A DNA stretch of 32,000 bases. Source: Ignicoccus islandicus DSM 13165 (GTDB lineage: Archaea > Thermoproteota > Thermoprotei_A > Sulfolobales > Ignicoccaceae). Location: positions 960,001 through 992,000 of the forward strand of contig NZ_CP006867.1 of the NCBI RefSeq assembly GCF_001481685.1. The letters run 5' to 3'. Positions 8,273-17,736 of this stretch are shown here, piece by piece (the stretch's first letter is position 1; the number at the start of each line of letters is the position of its first letter). The notes under the pieces are model-generated. The model was not told the origin of the DNA, did no database searches, and saw only the letters and a list, made by a program, of their open reading frames with translations. The position numbers were made by a program, and so were the translations under genes.

Positions 8273-9229
8273 TTATTTTATTTTCGCGTAAACAGCGGAT
8301 AAAATTAATGGTAGTAGAACGGTCGCGTCGCCGTATACAACTACGCTCTTCCCGGAAGGCTTCAATTTGCCCCAGCTGATGGCCTCCCTAGGCTGCGCCC
8401 CGCTCAAGCTTCCATCGAATTCGAGCGCAGTTGTTAGGTAAACTGCGTAGTCCAGTCCTCCTTTAAATTGGTTCCACCATATAACGTGGTGTTTGCTTAT
8501 TCCTCCTCCAATTATTAGGGCAGCCGATTTCTCACTATTGAATACCTTCTGCGATAACAACCTTTCGTCTTCCAACAAGTTCAAGTAAATTTTCTTTCCT
8601 TCAAGCCTCTTCTTTTCCGAATAAGTAAGGATAGCTGTACCGAAGGCCCCATCTGTTATACCGGGCACAATTATTGGAACGTTCCTCTCATACGCTTTCC
8701 TTAATATCGAATTTTCGTCCTCTAACTTACTCCCCGCCTCCATTAAGAGCTTCCACGGAACTATTTCCTCCCACTCCAGCTCATCTAGTAGTTGATGAAC
8801 GAACTTCTCTACTGGTGGTCCGTAGTTCTCGAAAGGTATAAACACGTTGCCTAATCTGTGTATCTCGAGTTCGGCCAGCATCTTATCGTCGACATTGAAG
8901 TATCCCTTATAGTATTCGTGCCCTAGTGCCCTAGCTACGTCGTGATCTAAGGTACCGCAAGTAGTCACGATTACGTCCACTAGACCTTTATCTATGAGTT
9001 GAGCTATGACTCCCCTCAAGCCCGTCGCTACCAAGTTGGCCGTAAAGGAAAGGAACCTCAAGTCGGCTTCAGAAAGCCCTTCAGAGAGTATGTCCACTGC
9101 CTCCTTTACGTTGACGGCACTGAATCCGTGAATCTTCCCGAACTTCTCTATGAGATCTACTACCGTATCGTTCGGGTCTACCTTAACGTCTTCAATCCGC
9201 TCCACTAAGAGGTCCTTCCTATCTACCAT
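8273..9229 (-). CDS. dys: Deoxyhypusine synthase
   Basis: 318 aa with GGGISKHHV and FDGSLSGAQPREAISWGKL, which are hallmarks of DHS. Confidence 0.9.
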   Translation of the reverse strand: MVDRKDLLVERIEDVKVDPNDTVVDLIEKFGKIHGFSAVNVKEAVDILSEGLSEADLRFLSFTANLVATGLRGVIAQLIDKGLVDVIVTTCGTLDHDVARALGHEYYKGYFNVDDKMLAELEIHRLGNVFIPFENYGPPVEKFVHQLLDELEWEEIVPWKLLMEAGSKLEDENSILRKAYERNVPIIVPGITDGAFGTAILTYSEKKRLEGKKIYLNLLEDERLLSQKVFNSEKSAALIIGGGISKHHVIWWNQFKGGLDYAVYLTTALEFDGSLSGAQPREAISWGKLKPSGKSVVVYGDATVLLPLILSAVYAKIK

Positions 9230-9338
9230 TACCCTTCAACCGAGGAAGGAAGAGGAGAGGGTTAACTTAAAACCTCGGCCAAATGCCTTCCGGTCATTAA
9301 GAAATCCCTACCGGGAGTACTCCTCATCTAGATGGTCT

Positions 9339-9659
9339 TTAACCGAAGAGGGCTCCCAAGCCGGCTGAGAGCTCCTCCTCGCTCACTTCCTCCTTCTTCT
9401 CTTCCTCTTCCTCCTTCTCTTCCTTCTTCTCCTCAGCAGCCGGAGCAGCTGCCGGGGCGGCTACTGGAGCTGCAGCCACTGGCAAGGCCGCGCTCTTCAA
9501 TACCTCGTCAATGTTCACTTCCTTCAAGGCGGCTACCAATGCCTTTACCCTGGTCTCGTCCACTTGAACTCCTGCCGCCTCTAGGACCTTCTTTATTGCC
9601 TCCTCGGTTATCTCCTTACCGGCGCTATGGAGCAAGAGGGAAGCGTATATGTACTCCAT
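9339..9659 (-). CDS. rpl12: Large-subunit ribosomal stalk protein P1 (L12)
   Basis: [31 protein letters not shown]..., an Ala/Pro hinge, an acidic [12 protein letters not shown] tract and the conserved C-terminal LGALFG. Confidence 0.95.
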   Translation of the reverse strand: MEYIYASLLLHSAGKEITEEAIKKVLEAAGVQVDETRVKALVAALKEVNIDEVLKSAALPVAAAPVAAPAAAPAAEEKKEEKEEEEEKKEEVSEEELSAGLGALFG

Positions 9660-9710
9660 CGTTCCACCGACTGATAAAGGCAGATAGATGGATTAAAATG
9701 GGTTCTCCTG

Positions 9711-11147
9711 TTATTTTTCAATTTTCTTTAGGACGATCTGAGTGTGGGTGCTTTCCACGCCTTTGACGTTCCTTATGGAATCCAATACGCTGTTTAGGAA
9801 CGCGTGGTCTGGGCTGACGACCTTGACTAGTAGATCGTAGTCGCCAGTTATCTCGGCGACCTCTCTAACGCCCTCTATTGAGCTTAGTTTCCTAGCCACG
9901 GAGCTAGTGAACGCATTGGAGTCAACCTTAATCCACACTATAGCCTCGAGGTTCTCGGTAACTCTCGGCTTTAACACCCTTCCGGTAACTTTCTCAGCAA
10001 TAGTTACGAGGGTATCATCAGTGAGGAACTTGACGTTGCTTCTCTTGATTTCTTCTAATACCTTTAGGAGCTCGTCGTCGCTCAAACGAATGCCTAATTT
10101 CTCAAGTTTCGCTTTGACTGCCTTCTTACCAGTGTACTTGTCTATTACGTAGTCCCTACTCCTTCCAATGAGCTCGGGCGGGAAGGCCTCGTAGGTTCTC
10201 GGGTCAGCCAGTATACCGGCCACGTGCACTCCGGCCTTGTGAATGAAGGCGTAGTCTCCTATAACTGGAGCATTGTAAGGCACCTCGAGACCGGAGTACC
10301 TCTCAACCATTCTAGTTATTTCCATTAACTTACTCAGATTAACTAGGTCTACGTCGAAGTGAACCTTGACAGCTACAGCAAAGGTCTGAAGTGGGACTAT
10401 TCCGACCCTCTCGCCTAGACCGTTTACGGTAACGTGAACCACAGTGGCGCCTCCCATTACGGCACCGAACGCAGTTGCTACGGCCATACCGAGGTCGTTG
10501 TGGACGTGAATGTCGTATTCAACGTTAGGTACCCTTTGTACCATGTGTTCGAAGAACCTCTTAGCGGTCCATGGGGTTAAGACTCCTACAGTATCCGCTA
10601 AGCTCACCCTATCAGCTCCAGCGTCCCTAGCGGTCCTAACTACCTCCTCTAGGTACTCCACGTCCGCCCTGGAGGCATCTTCTGCAGTGAACCTTACTTT
10701 CACTCCGTAACTCTTGGCGTACTCTACCATTTCGCCTATTATTTGAAGCGCCTCTTCCCTACTCTTCCTGTGTTTCGACTTCAAGTGGATATCGCTAACT
10801 CCATAGAATATAGCTATTCTATCAGGTTCGACGTCAGCTGCAACGTCTATGTCGCTCTTAACCGCTCTGCTGTGAGCGACTATCTCGGCCCTTATCTCCC
10901 CGTCCCTTTTCATTGCAGCTATCCTACTGACGGCTTCCTTTACGTCTGGAGCTACTGCTGGGTGACCGGCCTCTATCATGTGAACTCCTAGCTCGTCCAG
11001 CTTCTTCGCAATGTCTATCTTCTGATCGATTGTGAAGCTTACTCCGGGCGTCTGTTCGCCTTCCCTTAGGGTCGCGTCTAGTAACCTCAATCTAGCGAAT
11101 TTGTCCCTATACCCTAATATCTCCTCTTGAAACACGGGTCCAGACAA
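9711..11147 (-). CDS. Homocitrate-synthase-like DRE-TIM metallolyase (HCS/IPMS/CimA family) with C-terminal RAM/ACT-like regulatory domain
   Basis: LLDATLREGEQTPGV and HVHNDLGMAVA are catalytic motifs. TLREGEQ resembles Thermus/Sulfolobus HCS. The last 80 aa or so (LEAIVWIKVDSNAFTSSVARKLSSIEGVREVAEITGDYDLLVKVV...VESTHTQIVLK) look like an Lrp/AsnC ligand-binding (RAM) module. Confidence 0.75.
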   Translation of the reverse strand: MSGPVFQEEILGYRDKFARLRLLDATLREGEQTPGVSFTIDQKIDIAKKLDELGVHMIEAGHPAVAPDVKEAVSRIAAMKRDGEIRAEIVAHSRAVKSDIDVAADVEPDRIAIFYGVSDIHLKSKHRKSREEALQIIGEMVEYAKSYGVKVRFTAEDASRADVEYLEEVVRTARDAGADRVSLADTVGVLTPWTAKRFFEHMVQRVPNVEYDIHVHNDLGMAVATAFGAVMGGATVVHVTVNGLGERVGIVPLQTFAVAVKVHFDVDLVNLSKLMEITRMVERYSGLEVPYNAPVIGDYAFIHKAGVHVAGILADPRTYEAFPPELIGRSRDYVIDKYTGKKAVKAKLEKLGIRLSDDELLKVLEEIKRSNVKFLTDDTLVTIAEKVTGRVLKPRVTENLEAIVWIKVDSNAFTSSVARKLSSIEGVREVAEITGDYDLLVKVVSPDHAFLNSVLDSIRNVKGVESTHTQIVLKKIEK

Positions 11148-11291
11148 TTTCTGCGAACACCGCTCTAGGGGATATTAAGGGATTTATTTGCTAGTCCCTA
11201 TCCACCTCCAAATGCAATTACGTATCTCGCTTACTCCAATCGAAGGCTAATACTAAATTCGTTGATACTATACGTCTAGTTCGATGGTAAA

Positions 11292-11987
11292 TTGAGGAAG
11301 CCGAAGGAGCCCAGCGTCATTGGTTTCATGACCCTAGCGATCATTGGAAGTTCGATAGTATCGGGCTTCAACATCTTCGAGTTCGCTGTAGCAATTGGTT
11401 TGCTCGTTCTCCACTTGCTTACCTTCGACGAAGCGTTCGGTGCGATAAGAGCTGGGAGTTTTCCATTGAAATTGATAGCGATCAACGCGTTACCCTATCT
11501 CGTACTAGGACTCTGGACCAAGGCTTGGTTCCTGGTTTTCCCGGCATTGTTCTTACTGTCCTATTTACTGTTAGCTTTCAAGAGAGGTAACGACGAGATC
11601 ACTTACGTCCTAGGTTCATCGATACCCATATTGCCGGCTCTAGTCGTACCCCTAGCCTTGAATAAGTTCAACGACGTAACTGTAATTTACTGGGCGTTGT
11701 TAACGCTCTATGCAGTAGCTACAGCCGCTTACGTTGAAACGAAGCTCCCTTGGAGGAACCTTAATAACAAGGTTCCATTGCTCCTATGGTCTCCCAGTTA
11801 CGTGTTTATCGTTTTCGAACCTTTACTGGCATTAGCGCTGGTAGAACCCACAATTAAGTTCGCGCGAACAGCCATTTCGAACTCGAAAGTCCATCCGAAG
11901 GAGCTGAAGAAACTGGGTTGGAGGGAAATGGGAAGGAGCCTCTTGTTCGCGTTCCTTGTAGTATTTCTCTTGAGCAAATATACCTAA
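11292..11987 (+). CDS. Polytopic membrane protein, unknown family
   Basis: 231 aa with about 7 hydrophobic helices. The start is TTG, with an alternative ATG at 11328. It is the first gene of a same-strand trio. Confidence 0.6.
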   Translation: MRKPKEPSVIGFMTLAIIGSSIVSGFNIFEFAVAIGLLVLHLLTFDEAFGAIRAGSFPLKLIAINALPYLVLGLWTKAWFLVFPALFLLSYLLLAFKRGNDEITYVLGSSIPILPALVVPLALNKFNDVTVIYWALLTLYAVATAAYVETKLPWRNLNNKVPLLLWSPSYVFIVFEPLLALALVEPTIKFARTAISNSKVHPKELKKLGWREMGRSLLFAFLVVFLLSKYT

Positions 11988-12038
11988 CTAGATGAAGGAT
12001 ATTACTAGAGGCAGGTTCATCTACGGGGGCACTATATT

Positions 12039-14492
12039 TTGGGAGGGCTTAGATGTCCTAACGAAATTTGGATTGTTAATGACCAGATTAAGGAGTTCGC
12101 GTGTTATTACGAGTGCGAACGGAACAAACCCTGTATCAAGGAAACGGACGTTTACGGAGCTGAAATAATTTCCGTCATGGGTAAGCTATACCGTAAAGGT
12201 AATCGAATAGGCGCTCATCGTGGGAGCGGTAGCGGCGTAGTTTACTTGAAGCCCGTTCCCGGAGTTCGGGAAATAAGAGTTGGAACTTCAGTAATAACTG
12301 TAAAGAAGTTGCAGTTCAGCTTGAACGTAAAGGAAGCTTACCTACTAGCTCCGACGGACGTTACCTTAAAGTTCGAAGGAGATGAAGGCGAAATAGCGTT
12401 CAAGGGCTACCTCTACGGTTACCCTGTTCAAGGCTCCGTCCGGGTGCCTAAGGAGGAAGTCTTAACGGTTTTGCCGCGAAGCGAGGTAGGAGGGTTTTTA
12501 GAATTCGAAACGACGCCCATCTACCTGTTCGAGTTCTCGCTGCCTAAGCCTAAGGTACCAGTTAAGGACATGAAAGTATTGGAAGAGCCCTACTTGGGTT
12601 CGAGGGTATTAGTGAGCGTGGAAGTTCGCCCTAACTCGGAGTTTCAAGTGGAGGCCTACGGTGATCTGGCCAGGGGCAAGAGCGACAGCAAGGGAAAGGG
12701 AGCCGTCACAATAACCGTGAAAGAGAAGATTGGTAAGGGGAGGGTCACTGTAGGGCTATACTCGAAGGAGTTCGATCTACCCCTCCCAAAAGAGCCCTTC
12801 AGAATGGACGTAGTTGAAATAGGTAAGCGCAACAGGCTCAACCTCTCGATTACGTCCTCTATAGAGGCGGAAGTAGAGGTCGAGGTAGTCGGCTTAGACG
12901 CTCCGTTTAATAAGAAATTGCTTTTAAAGAGAGGCAAGAACCTCTTCAGTCTCGCTCTTCCCAAGCTTAAAGGATTCTCGGAACTGCGAGAGATAACTGT
13001 AAGGCTTAAATATGGAACTTACGAGTGTTCTAAGAAGTTATTAGCGAAGATAAGTGGAATGGCTAGAGTCGTGGCCTTCGATGGCAAGCGATTATGGATA
13101 TACTCCGAAGGGGACCTCGATTACGGTCAAATTAAGTTAATGAAGGGCGTTAACGTAATAAAACCTCCAATTAAGAACTTCGAAGTAAAGGAGAGATACC
13201 TAATTAGGGGACCGTTCGATGTAGACGAAGTAGTGGCCGTCTCTAAAGGTAAGTGCGTCCAAGTGATTGGTGATTCTATAGGAACCTTCTGCTTGGATGG
13301 AACAGTTAAGTTCGTAAGCGCTAACGGTGAATGGGTACTCTTCTCAGACGGAGCGAGGAGCGTGATTGCGCAGTCCCCAAGAAGTATCGGTAAGGTAATT
13401 GAAATAGGTGGGAACGTAGGTGCTTGCGCTAAGGGGATGCCGATAATATGTAATGAAAGCGGTTGCTTCAGGGTTCGTAATGGATCGTTGACTAAGGTCT
13501 TCGAAGGAGCCGAGAAGATAGAGGGTCCCTTCTTACTATGGAAAGGTAAGTTGTACGTGATAGAAGGGAACGAAGTTAGGGAAGTGACTGAGGCGGATAA
13601 CTTCTCTTACTTCGATGGTAAACTGGCTGTCTTAAAGGGAAGCGTAGTTGAGGTCGAAGGGAAGAAGTTCGAATTAGACGCTGACGAAATTTCAATTAGT
13701 TACGATTTCTTAATAGCGTTAAAAGGTAGAACAATGAAAGTGTATGACCTAGACGGCAACTTACTTTACGTTCATTCGCAAGAAATTGAGAGTGCCAAGG
13801 CTCTCCCCAACGGGGCAGCCCTTTCAAAGGGAGGAGAACTATTGATAGGGGAATTCGTCCCGGACCTCATAGAGGAACCCCTCTTCGTAACTAGTCATAC
13901 AATAGAGTGGAGTTACGAGGACTTGCACTTCGTTACGCGCAATTACCAATTGTTCGAGGAGGTGGAAGGCTGCGAGGCGCTTAACGAGTACTTGCTCCCC
14001 GAGGAGGGGTTCGTTGCGTGTAAGGTAGTTTACTCAGACGAACGCTACAAACCGTACGCATCCCACCTAGAGTCGTTCGAAACGGTTGCCAAGCTCTTCA
14101 AGCTTTCCCGTTTGATGAGAAGAGGTGAAAAACTAAGGAACTTGTTCCTGAAGGTATTGGACGAGAGCCTCCCATTAAACGAGATAGAATTGAGGAAACT
14201 ACTAGAGCGGTTGAGGAACGAGCTCGAAGAAGGAAGGATTGAACTAGAAAGCGTTAGGGAGATCGAGAACGTAATTAGAACTTTCCAAAAACCGCCGGAG
14301 GGCTCAGCAGAAGTATTCAGGGAAGTACTTTCTCTCAAAAACGATATGGAATTAGGGAAATTCCTATCAGAAAGGAGCATCTCCGCTTACGATTTAATTA
14401 AGGTTCTAAGCGCGGAGGTCAAGTATCCAAGGAAGCTAATAAGGGACGCCATAGAGACAGTGAACGCGATTAAAGCCATTAGGGGCCTATGA
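12039..14492 (+). CDS. Large (817 aa) cytoplasmic beta-rich protein with helical C-terminal domain, unknown function
   Basis: Long uninterrupted ORF with no signal peptide. The N-terminal Cys cluster is C-x15-C-x3-C-x5-C. The body shows beta-sandwich-like and then propeller-like repeats (for example GKLYVIEGNEV, GKLAVLKGSVV, GNLLYVHSQ). The last 140 aa or so are helical and charged. The start is TTG at 12039; the next in-frame start is the ATG at 12177. Confidence 0.7.
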   Translation: MGGLRCPNEIWIVNDQIKEFACYYECERNKPCIKETDVYGAEIISVMGKLYRKGNRIGAHRGSGSGVVYLKPVPGVREIRVGTSVITVKKLQFSLNVKEAYLLAPTDVTLKFEGDEGEIAFKGYLYGYPVQGSVRVPKEEVLTVLPRSEVGGFLEFETTPIYLFEFSLPKPKVPVKDMKVLEEPYLGSRVLVSVEVRPNSEFQVEAYGDLARGKSDSKGKGAVTITVKEKIGKGRVTVGLYSKEFDLPLPKEPFRMDVVEIGKRNRLNLSITSSIEAEVEVEVVGLDAPFNKKLLLKRGKNLFSLALPKLKGFSELREITVRLKYGTYECSKKLLAKISGMARVVAFDGKRLWIYSEGDLDYGQIKLMKGVNVIKPPIKNFEVKERYLIRGPFDVDEVVAVSKGKCVQVIGDSIGTFCLDGTVKFVSANGEWVLFSDGARSVIAQSPRSIGKVIEIGGNVGACAKGMPIICNESGCFRVRNGSLTKVFEGAEKIEGPFLLWKGKLYVIEGNEVREVTEADNFSYFDGKLAVLKGSVVEVEGKKFELDADEISISYDFLIALKGRTMKVYDLDGNLLYVHSQEIESAKALPNGAALSKGGELLIGEFVPDLIEEPLFVTSHTIEWSYEDLHFVTRNYQLFEEVEGCEALNEYLLPEEGFVACKVVYSDERYKPYASHLESFETVAKLFKLSRLMRRGEKLRNLFLKVLDESLPLNEIELRKLLERLRNELEEGRIELESVREIENVIRTFQKPPEGSAEVFREVLSLKNDMELGKFLSERSISAYDLIKVLSAEVKYPRKLIRDAIETVNAIKAIRGL

Positions 14493-14516
14493 AGATACCT
14501 CCTCTCAAACGATAAG

Positions 14517-15272
14517 ATGAAGAGCCTCACGGTATCTGAGGCTCCGATGGTGCGTGCAATGCTATGGATAGTCGATCTCGACGGAGTTGTTTGGAGGGGA
14601 AAGGAATACATTTGGGAGAACGTTGAGGCCTTAAGGAAACTGGAAGGAGAGAAAGTTTTCCTTACCAATAAGGCCACGTCTAGGTGGGAAATACGAGAAA
14701 GGCTCGAGAAAGTAGGGCTAGATGGAGACGTGGTAACTTCCGCCTACGTAGCCGCTTCGTACCTAAAGGAGAACGGTATCCGGAGCGCCTTCGCTTTAGG
14801 GCCAATGGGTCTATACGAGGAACTTTCTATTAATGGAATTCACCTAACTGATCAAATAGAGCTAGTTAAGGCCGTTGTAGCCGGTCTCGACCAATTCGTA
14901 ACGTACGATAAGATAGCGTTGGCTACAGAGGCTATTACGAAGGGTGCCCTCTTCGTTGCTACCAATCGCGATAGAACGTATCCCACCGAGAAGGGGCTGA
15001 AACCGGGCGCAGGTAGCGTTGTGGAGGCAATAAGGGTCAGTTCGGGCATCGAGCCTATAGTGGTGGGTAAACCTAGTAAGATAGCCTTTGAGGTAGCTTC
15101 CAAGGGAAGGAAAGACGTAGTAGTGATAGGAGACAAATTGGAGACTGACGTGAAAATGGCCTTGGAGAACGGCGCTAAGGCAGTCTTAGTTCTCACCGGC
15201 GTAACTAAGGAAGTAAGGGAAGTACCTCCGGGCGTTAAGGTCGTACGGAACTTGAGGGAACTCTTGGAGTAA
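14517..15272 (+). CDS. HAD-superfamily hydrolase, subfamily IIA (NagD-like phosphatase)
   Basis: HAD motif I is WIVDLDGVVW. Also present are LTNKAT and the VIGDKLETDV motif IV. Alternative starts are at 14547 and 14559. Confidence 0.8.
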   Translation: MKSLTVSEAPMVRAMLWIVDLDGVVWRGKEYIWENVEALRKLEGEKVFLTNKATSRWEIRERLEKVGLDGDVVTSAYVAASYLKENGIRSAFALGPMGLYEELSINGIHLTDQIELVKAVVAGLDQFVTYDKIALATEAITKGALFVATNRDRTYPTEKGLKPGAGSVVEAIRVSSGIEPIVVGKPSKIAFEVASKGRKDVVVIGDKLETDVKMALENGAKAVLVLTGVTKEVREVPPGVKVVRNLRELLE

Positions 15273-15341
15273 ACGTAAGGGGAGCGCCGGATCGGTAGGG
15301 TCACCGCGGGCTCTGCGGCCCCCTCAACCCCCCGATGGCAC

Positions 15342-16673
15342 TCACTTGGACGCAACGGGAATATTTAAGTTCTTCTCTTCTTTACCTCTCCTCCATTTCT
15401 CAAGTAGTAGGAATACGCATAGGGATCCGCACATGTTGCAGCTCTTTAGAGGCGTTGGCCCGTATTGGTTCCTTATTTCCTTCGCCCTGTCAGGATCTAA
15501 GGACAAGTTTATCATGCACTCCCAATCCAGTGCCGCCCTACATCTACCCATCTCCAAGTCCCTCTTCATCGCCCTTTCCGGATACTTCACGATGTCGGCT
15601 GCGTGTGCAGCTATCTTGAAGGCAATGACGCCTTCCCTTACTTGCTCTGGGTTGGGGAGGTTCAAGTGTTCGGCCGGAGTTACGTAACACAAGAAGTCGG
15701 CTCCGTTAGCGGCAGCTACGGCACCACCTATTGCTCCAGCAATGTGATCGTAACCGGCTGCTATGTCGGTAACTAAGGGACCTAAGATGTAGTACGGGGC
15801 CCCTTCAGTTAACCTCTTAGCGAGCTTAACGTCGGCAATTACCCTGTCAAGTGGAACGTGACCGGGTCCCTCGAGCATTACTTGAACTCCCGCTTCCCTA
15901 GCCCTCTTAACCAACCTCGCGTTGTTTATTAATTCACTTATATGGAACTCGTCGTGCGCGTCCTCTAAGGCACCCGGTCTCAAGCTGTCGCCCAAACTTA
16001 TCACGGCGTCGTATTCCTTGAACATCTCTAGTATGTAATCGAAATTAGAGTAAAGCGGGTTCTCTTTATCGTGCTCGAGCATCCAAGCAGCAATTATCGA
16101 TCCTCCTCTGCTTACAATTGGTTCCGCTCTGTTACTCCTAACGGCCTTGAGAGCGAGGTCTTTCGTTAAGGCAGCGTGGAGGGTCATGAAATCAACTCCG
16201 TCCTTCAAGTGCTTTTCTATCGTGTTAAGAACGTCGTCTTCCGTCATGTTTATTCCAGCTCCCTTCTTGGTGGTAACGTCCATGAAAGCCTGATATATTG
16301 GAACGGTGCCCAAGGGTAGTGGCTCGGCCGCCTCCATTATCTTCCTCCTAATTACGTCCAAGTTGCCTCCAGTGGAGAGGTCCATCACGGTGTCCGCTCC
16401 ATACTTCTTAGCTATTTTAGCTTTCTCTATTTCCATATTCAAGTCTATCAATGTGTTACTAGTTCCTATGTTGGCGTTGACTTTAGTTAACATGCCCTCG
16501 CCTACAGCTACTATCTTAACCTTATCGGCCCTTTTAACGTTCCTTAACAGAACGATTCTGCCTGCAGCTATTCCATTCCTTACCTTCTCTACGTCTACGC
16601 CCTCCACTTCAGCTATCTTCTTCATTTCATCAGTCACGACGCCCCTTCTAGCAGCTTGTATTATAGTTCCCAT
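15342..16673 (-). CDS. thiC: Phosphomethylpyrimidine synthase ThiC
   Basis: [17 protein letters not shown]...MDLSTGG...C-terminal CNMCGSLC Fe-S motif. The track start at 16694 adds 7 aa. A TATA-like ttattaaaatt centred near 16710 favours the ATG at 16673. Confidence 0.9.
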   Translation of the reverse strand: MGTIIQAARRGVVTDEMKKIAEVEGVDVEKVRNGIAAGRIVLLRNVKRADKVKIVAVGEGMLTKVNANIGTSNTLIDLNMEIEKAKIAKKYGADTVMDLSTGGNLDVIRRKIMEAAEPLPLGTVPIYQAFMDVTTKKGAGINMTEDDVLNTIEKHLKDGVDFMTLHAALTKDLALKAVRSNRAEPIVSRGGSIIAAWMLEHDKENPLYSNFDYILEMFKEYDAVISLGDSLRPGALEDAHDEFHISELINNARLVKRAREAGVQVMLEGPGHVPLDRVIADVKLAKRLTEGAPYYILGPLVTDIAAGYDHIAGAIGGAVAAANGADFLCYVTPAEHLNLPNPEQVREGVIAFKIAAHAADIVKYPERAMKRDLEMGRCRAALDWECMINLSLDPDRAKEIRNQYGPTPLKSCNMCGSLCVFLLLEKWRRGKEEKNLNIPVASK

Positions 16674-16775
16674 AAAGTACGACCTATACCTCATATTCTA
16701 AAGAATTTTAATAAGTGATTTGGTTTCGTCTCCGTGATCGCTTTAGAGCGTAAATTTTGACGCCGTACACGAAAA

Positions 16776-17294
16776 TTAAAGACTGGAAAGCTTCTCCTTC
16801 TTCATCCATTCGTACTTATCTGAGGTCTCTGAAGGTAATCTCAAGAGCTCTACGTAACCGAACGCGCTCAACGCGACCGCTTCTGATAGGTTAGCGAGGG
16901 TTAGCTCGTTCGGATGGAGTAGCATTCCATTTATCTCTATTTTCCTCTTTACAATGACGTAAACCTTGCCGTTCTCGTCCGCTATTACCTCGTCCAAGGC
17001 GTCTACGTAATCAGATATTATTCTTAGTATGAGTTCAATTAGGTTGGAGTCAACGCTATCGTTAGGCACCTCCTCACCTATCATTGCTTTATATATCCTG
17101 AACTTGAACAAGTTCTTGAACATTCTCTTGTATTCCCTTAACCTCTCTCCGCAGTTTTCTCTATTAGTTGACTCCGAACACATTACCGCGAACTTTCTAT
17201 ATTCCGAAATTAGCTCTTCCCACGTAGTGGCCGATACGTTGAGCAAGTCGTTTGTATCCAATTCCCTTTTAAGGAGGTCGAACAAGCTCTTCAA
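16776..17294 (-). CDS. GINS51-like DNA replication complex subunit (putative)
   Basis: 172 aa. The N-terminus LFDLLKRELDTNDLLNVSATTWEELISEY, the helix FKFRIYKAMIGEEVP, and a C-terminal small beta domain VYVIVKRKIEINGMLLHPNELTLANLSEAVALSAFGYVELL follow the archaeal Gins51 A-domain/B-domain pattern. Confidence 0.5.
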   Translation of the reverse strand: MKSLFDLLKRELDTNDLLNVSATTWEELISEYRKFAVMCSESTNRENCGERLREYKRMFKNLFKFRIYKAMIGEEVPNDSVDSNLIELILRIISDYVDALDEVIADENGKVYVIVKRKIEINGMLLHPNELTLANLSEAVALSAFGYVELLRLPSETSDKYEWMKKEKLSSL

Positions 17295-17369
17295 TGCGAT
17301 CCGATCTCGTAATACGTGCGTATCCTTTAAACCAGTGGAAGCGCGGGAGGGGTTCAGTAGTCTTCAACG

Positions 17370-17660
17370 TTATCCGCGAGCTATCGAAGTTACGTTCGAA
17401 AGCAACTGGTACGTTAGTTTCGGGTATTCGTGGATCTTTGTTATAACGCTGTATATCGCTATAGCCCACAGTATTCCTTCCATAACTAAGGTAGCGTAGA
17501 ACACGTACTCGTTATTATTGAAGAAAATTAGTACCATTAAGAACGGTAGTGCCATGTAAGTCATTAGTAACAAGTGTAATAAGGTAAAGCTCAAGGTTGA
17601 ATTCACGAGGAAGCCGGAGAGCGCCGTTATTGTTGCTGAGGTAGCGTTGAGTACAACCAT
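17370..17660 (-). CDS. Small membrane protein (3 TM), unknown
   Basis: 96-aa hydrophobic ORF, upstream of and co-oriented with the GINS-like gene. Confidence 0.45.
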   Translation of the reverse strand: MVVLNATSATITALSGFLVNSTLSFTLLHLLLMTYMALPFLMVLIFFNNNEYVFYATLVMEGILWAIAIYSVITKIHEYPKLTYQLLSNVTSIARG

Positions 17661-17736
17661 TTCAGCTCCTCTGTCCCCCGCGCGTTACCTAACATAAATA
17701 CTACTGGTCCATAACCGATTATTAGGTCAAGCGATT

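Noticed and set aside
9332-9766. 144-aa Pro/Ser/Leu-rich plus-strand ORF, together with the long homopyrimidine tract at 9372-9434
   Set aside because: It is antisense to the ribosomal P1 gene. The pyrimidine run is simply the complement of the GAA/GAG/AAG codons of the acidic stalk tail.
14852-15355. 167-aa minus-strand ORF, plus similar long shadow ORFs (6681-7169, 12656-12964, 14045-14677, 16306-16701, 22271-22555, 22643-22999)
   Set aside because: All lie antisense to, or out of frame within, genes with strong family signatures. Their compositions are typical of shadow frames (Ser/Leu/Pro/Thr-rich).
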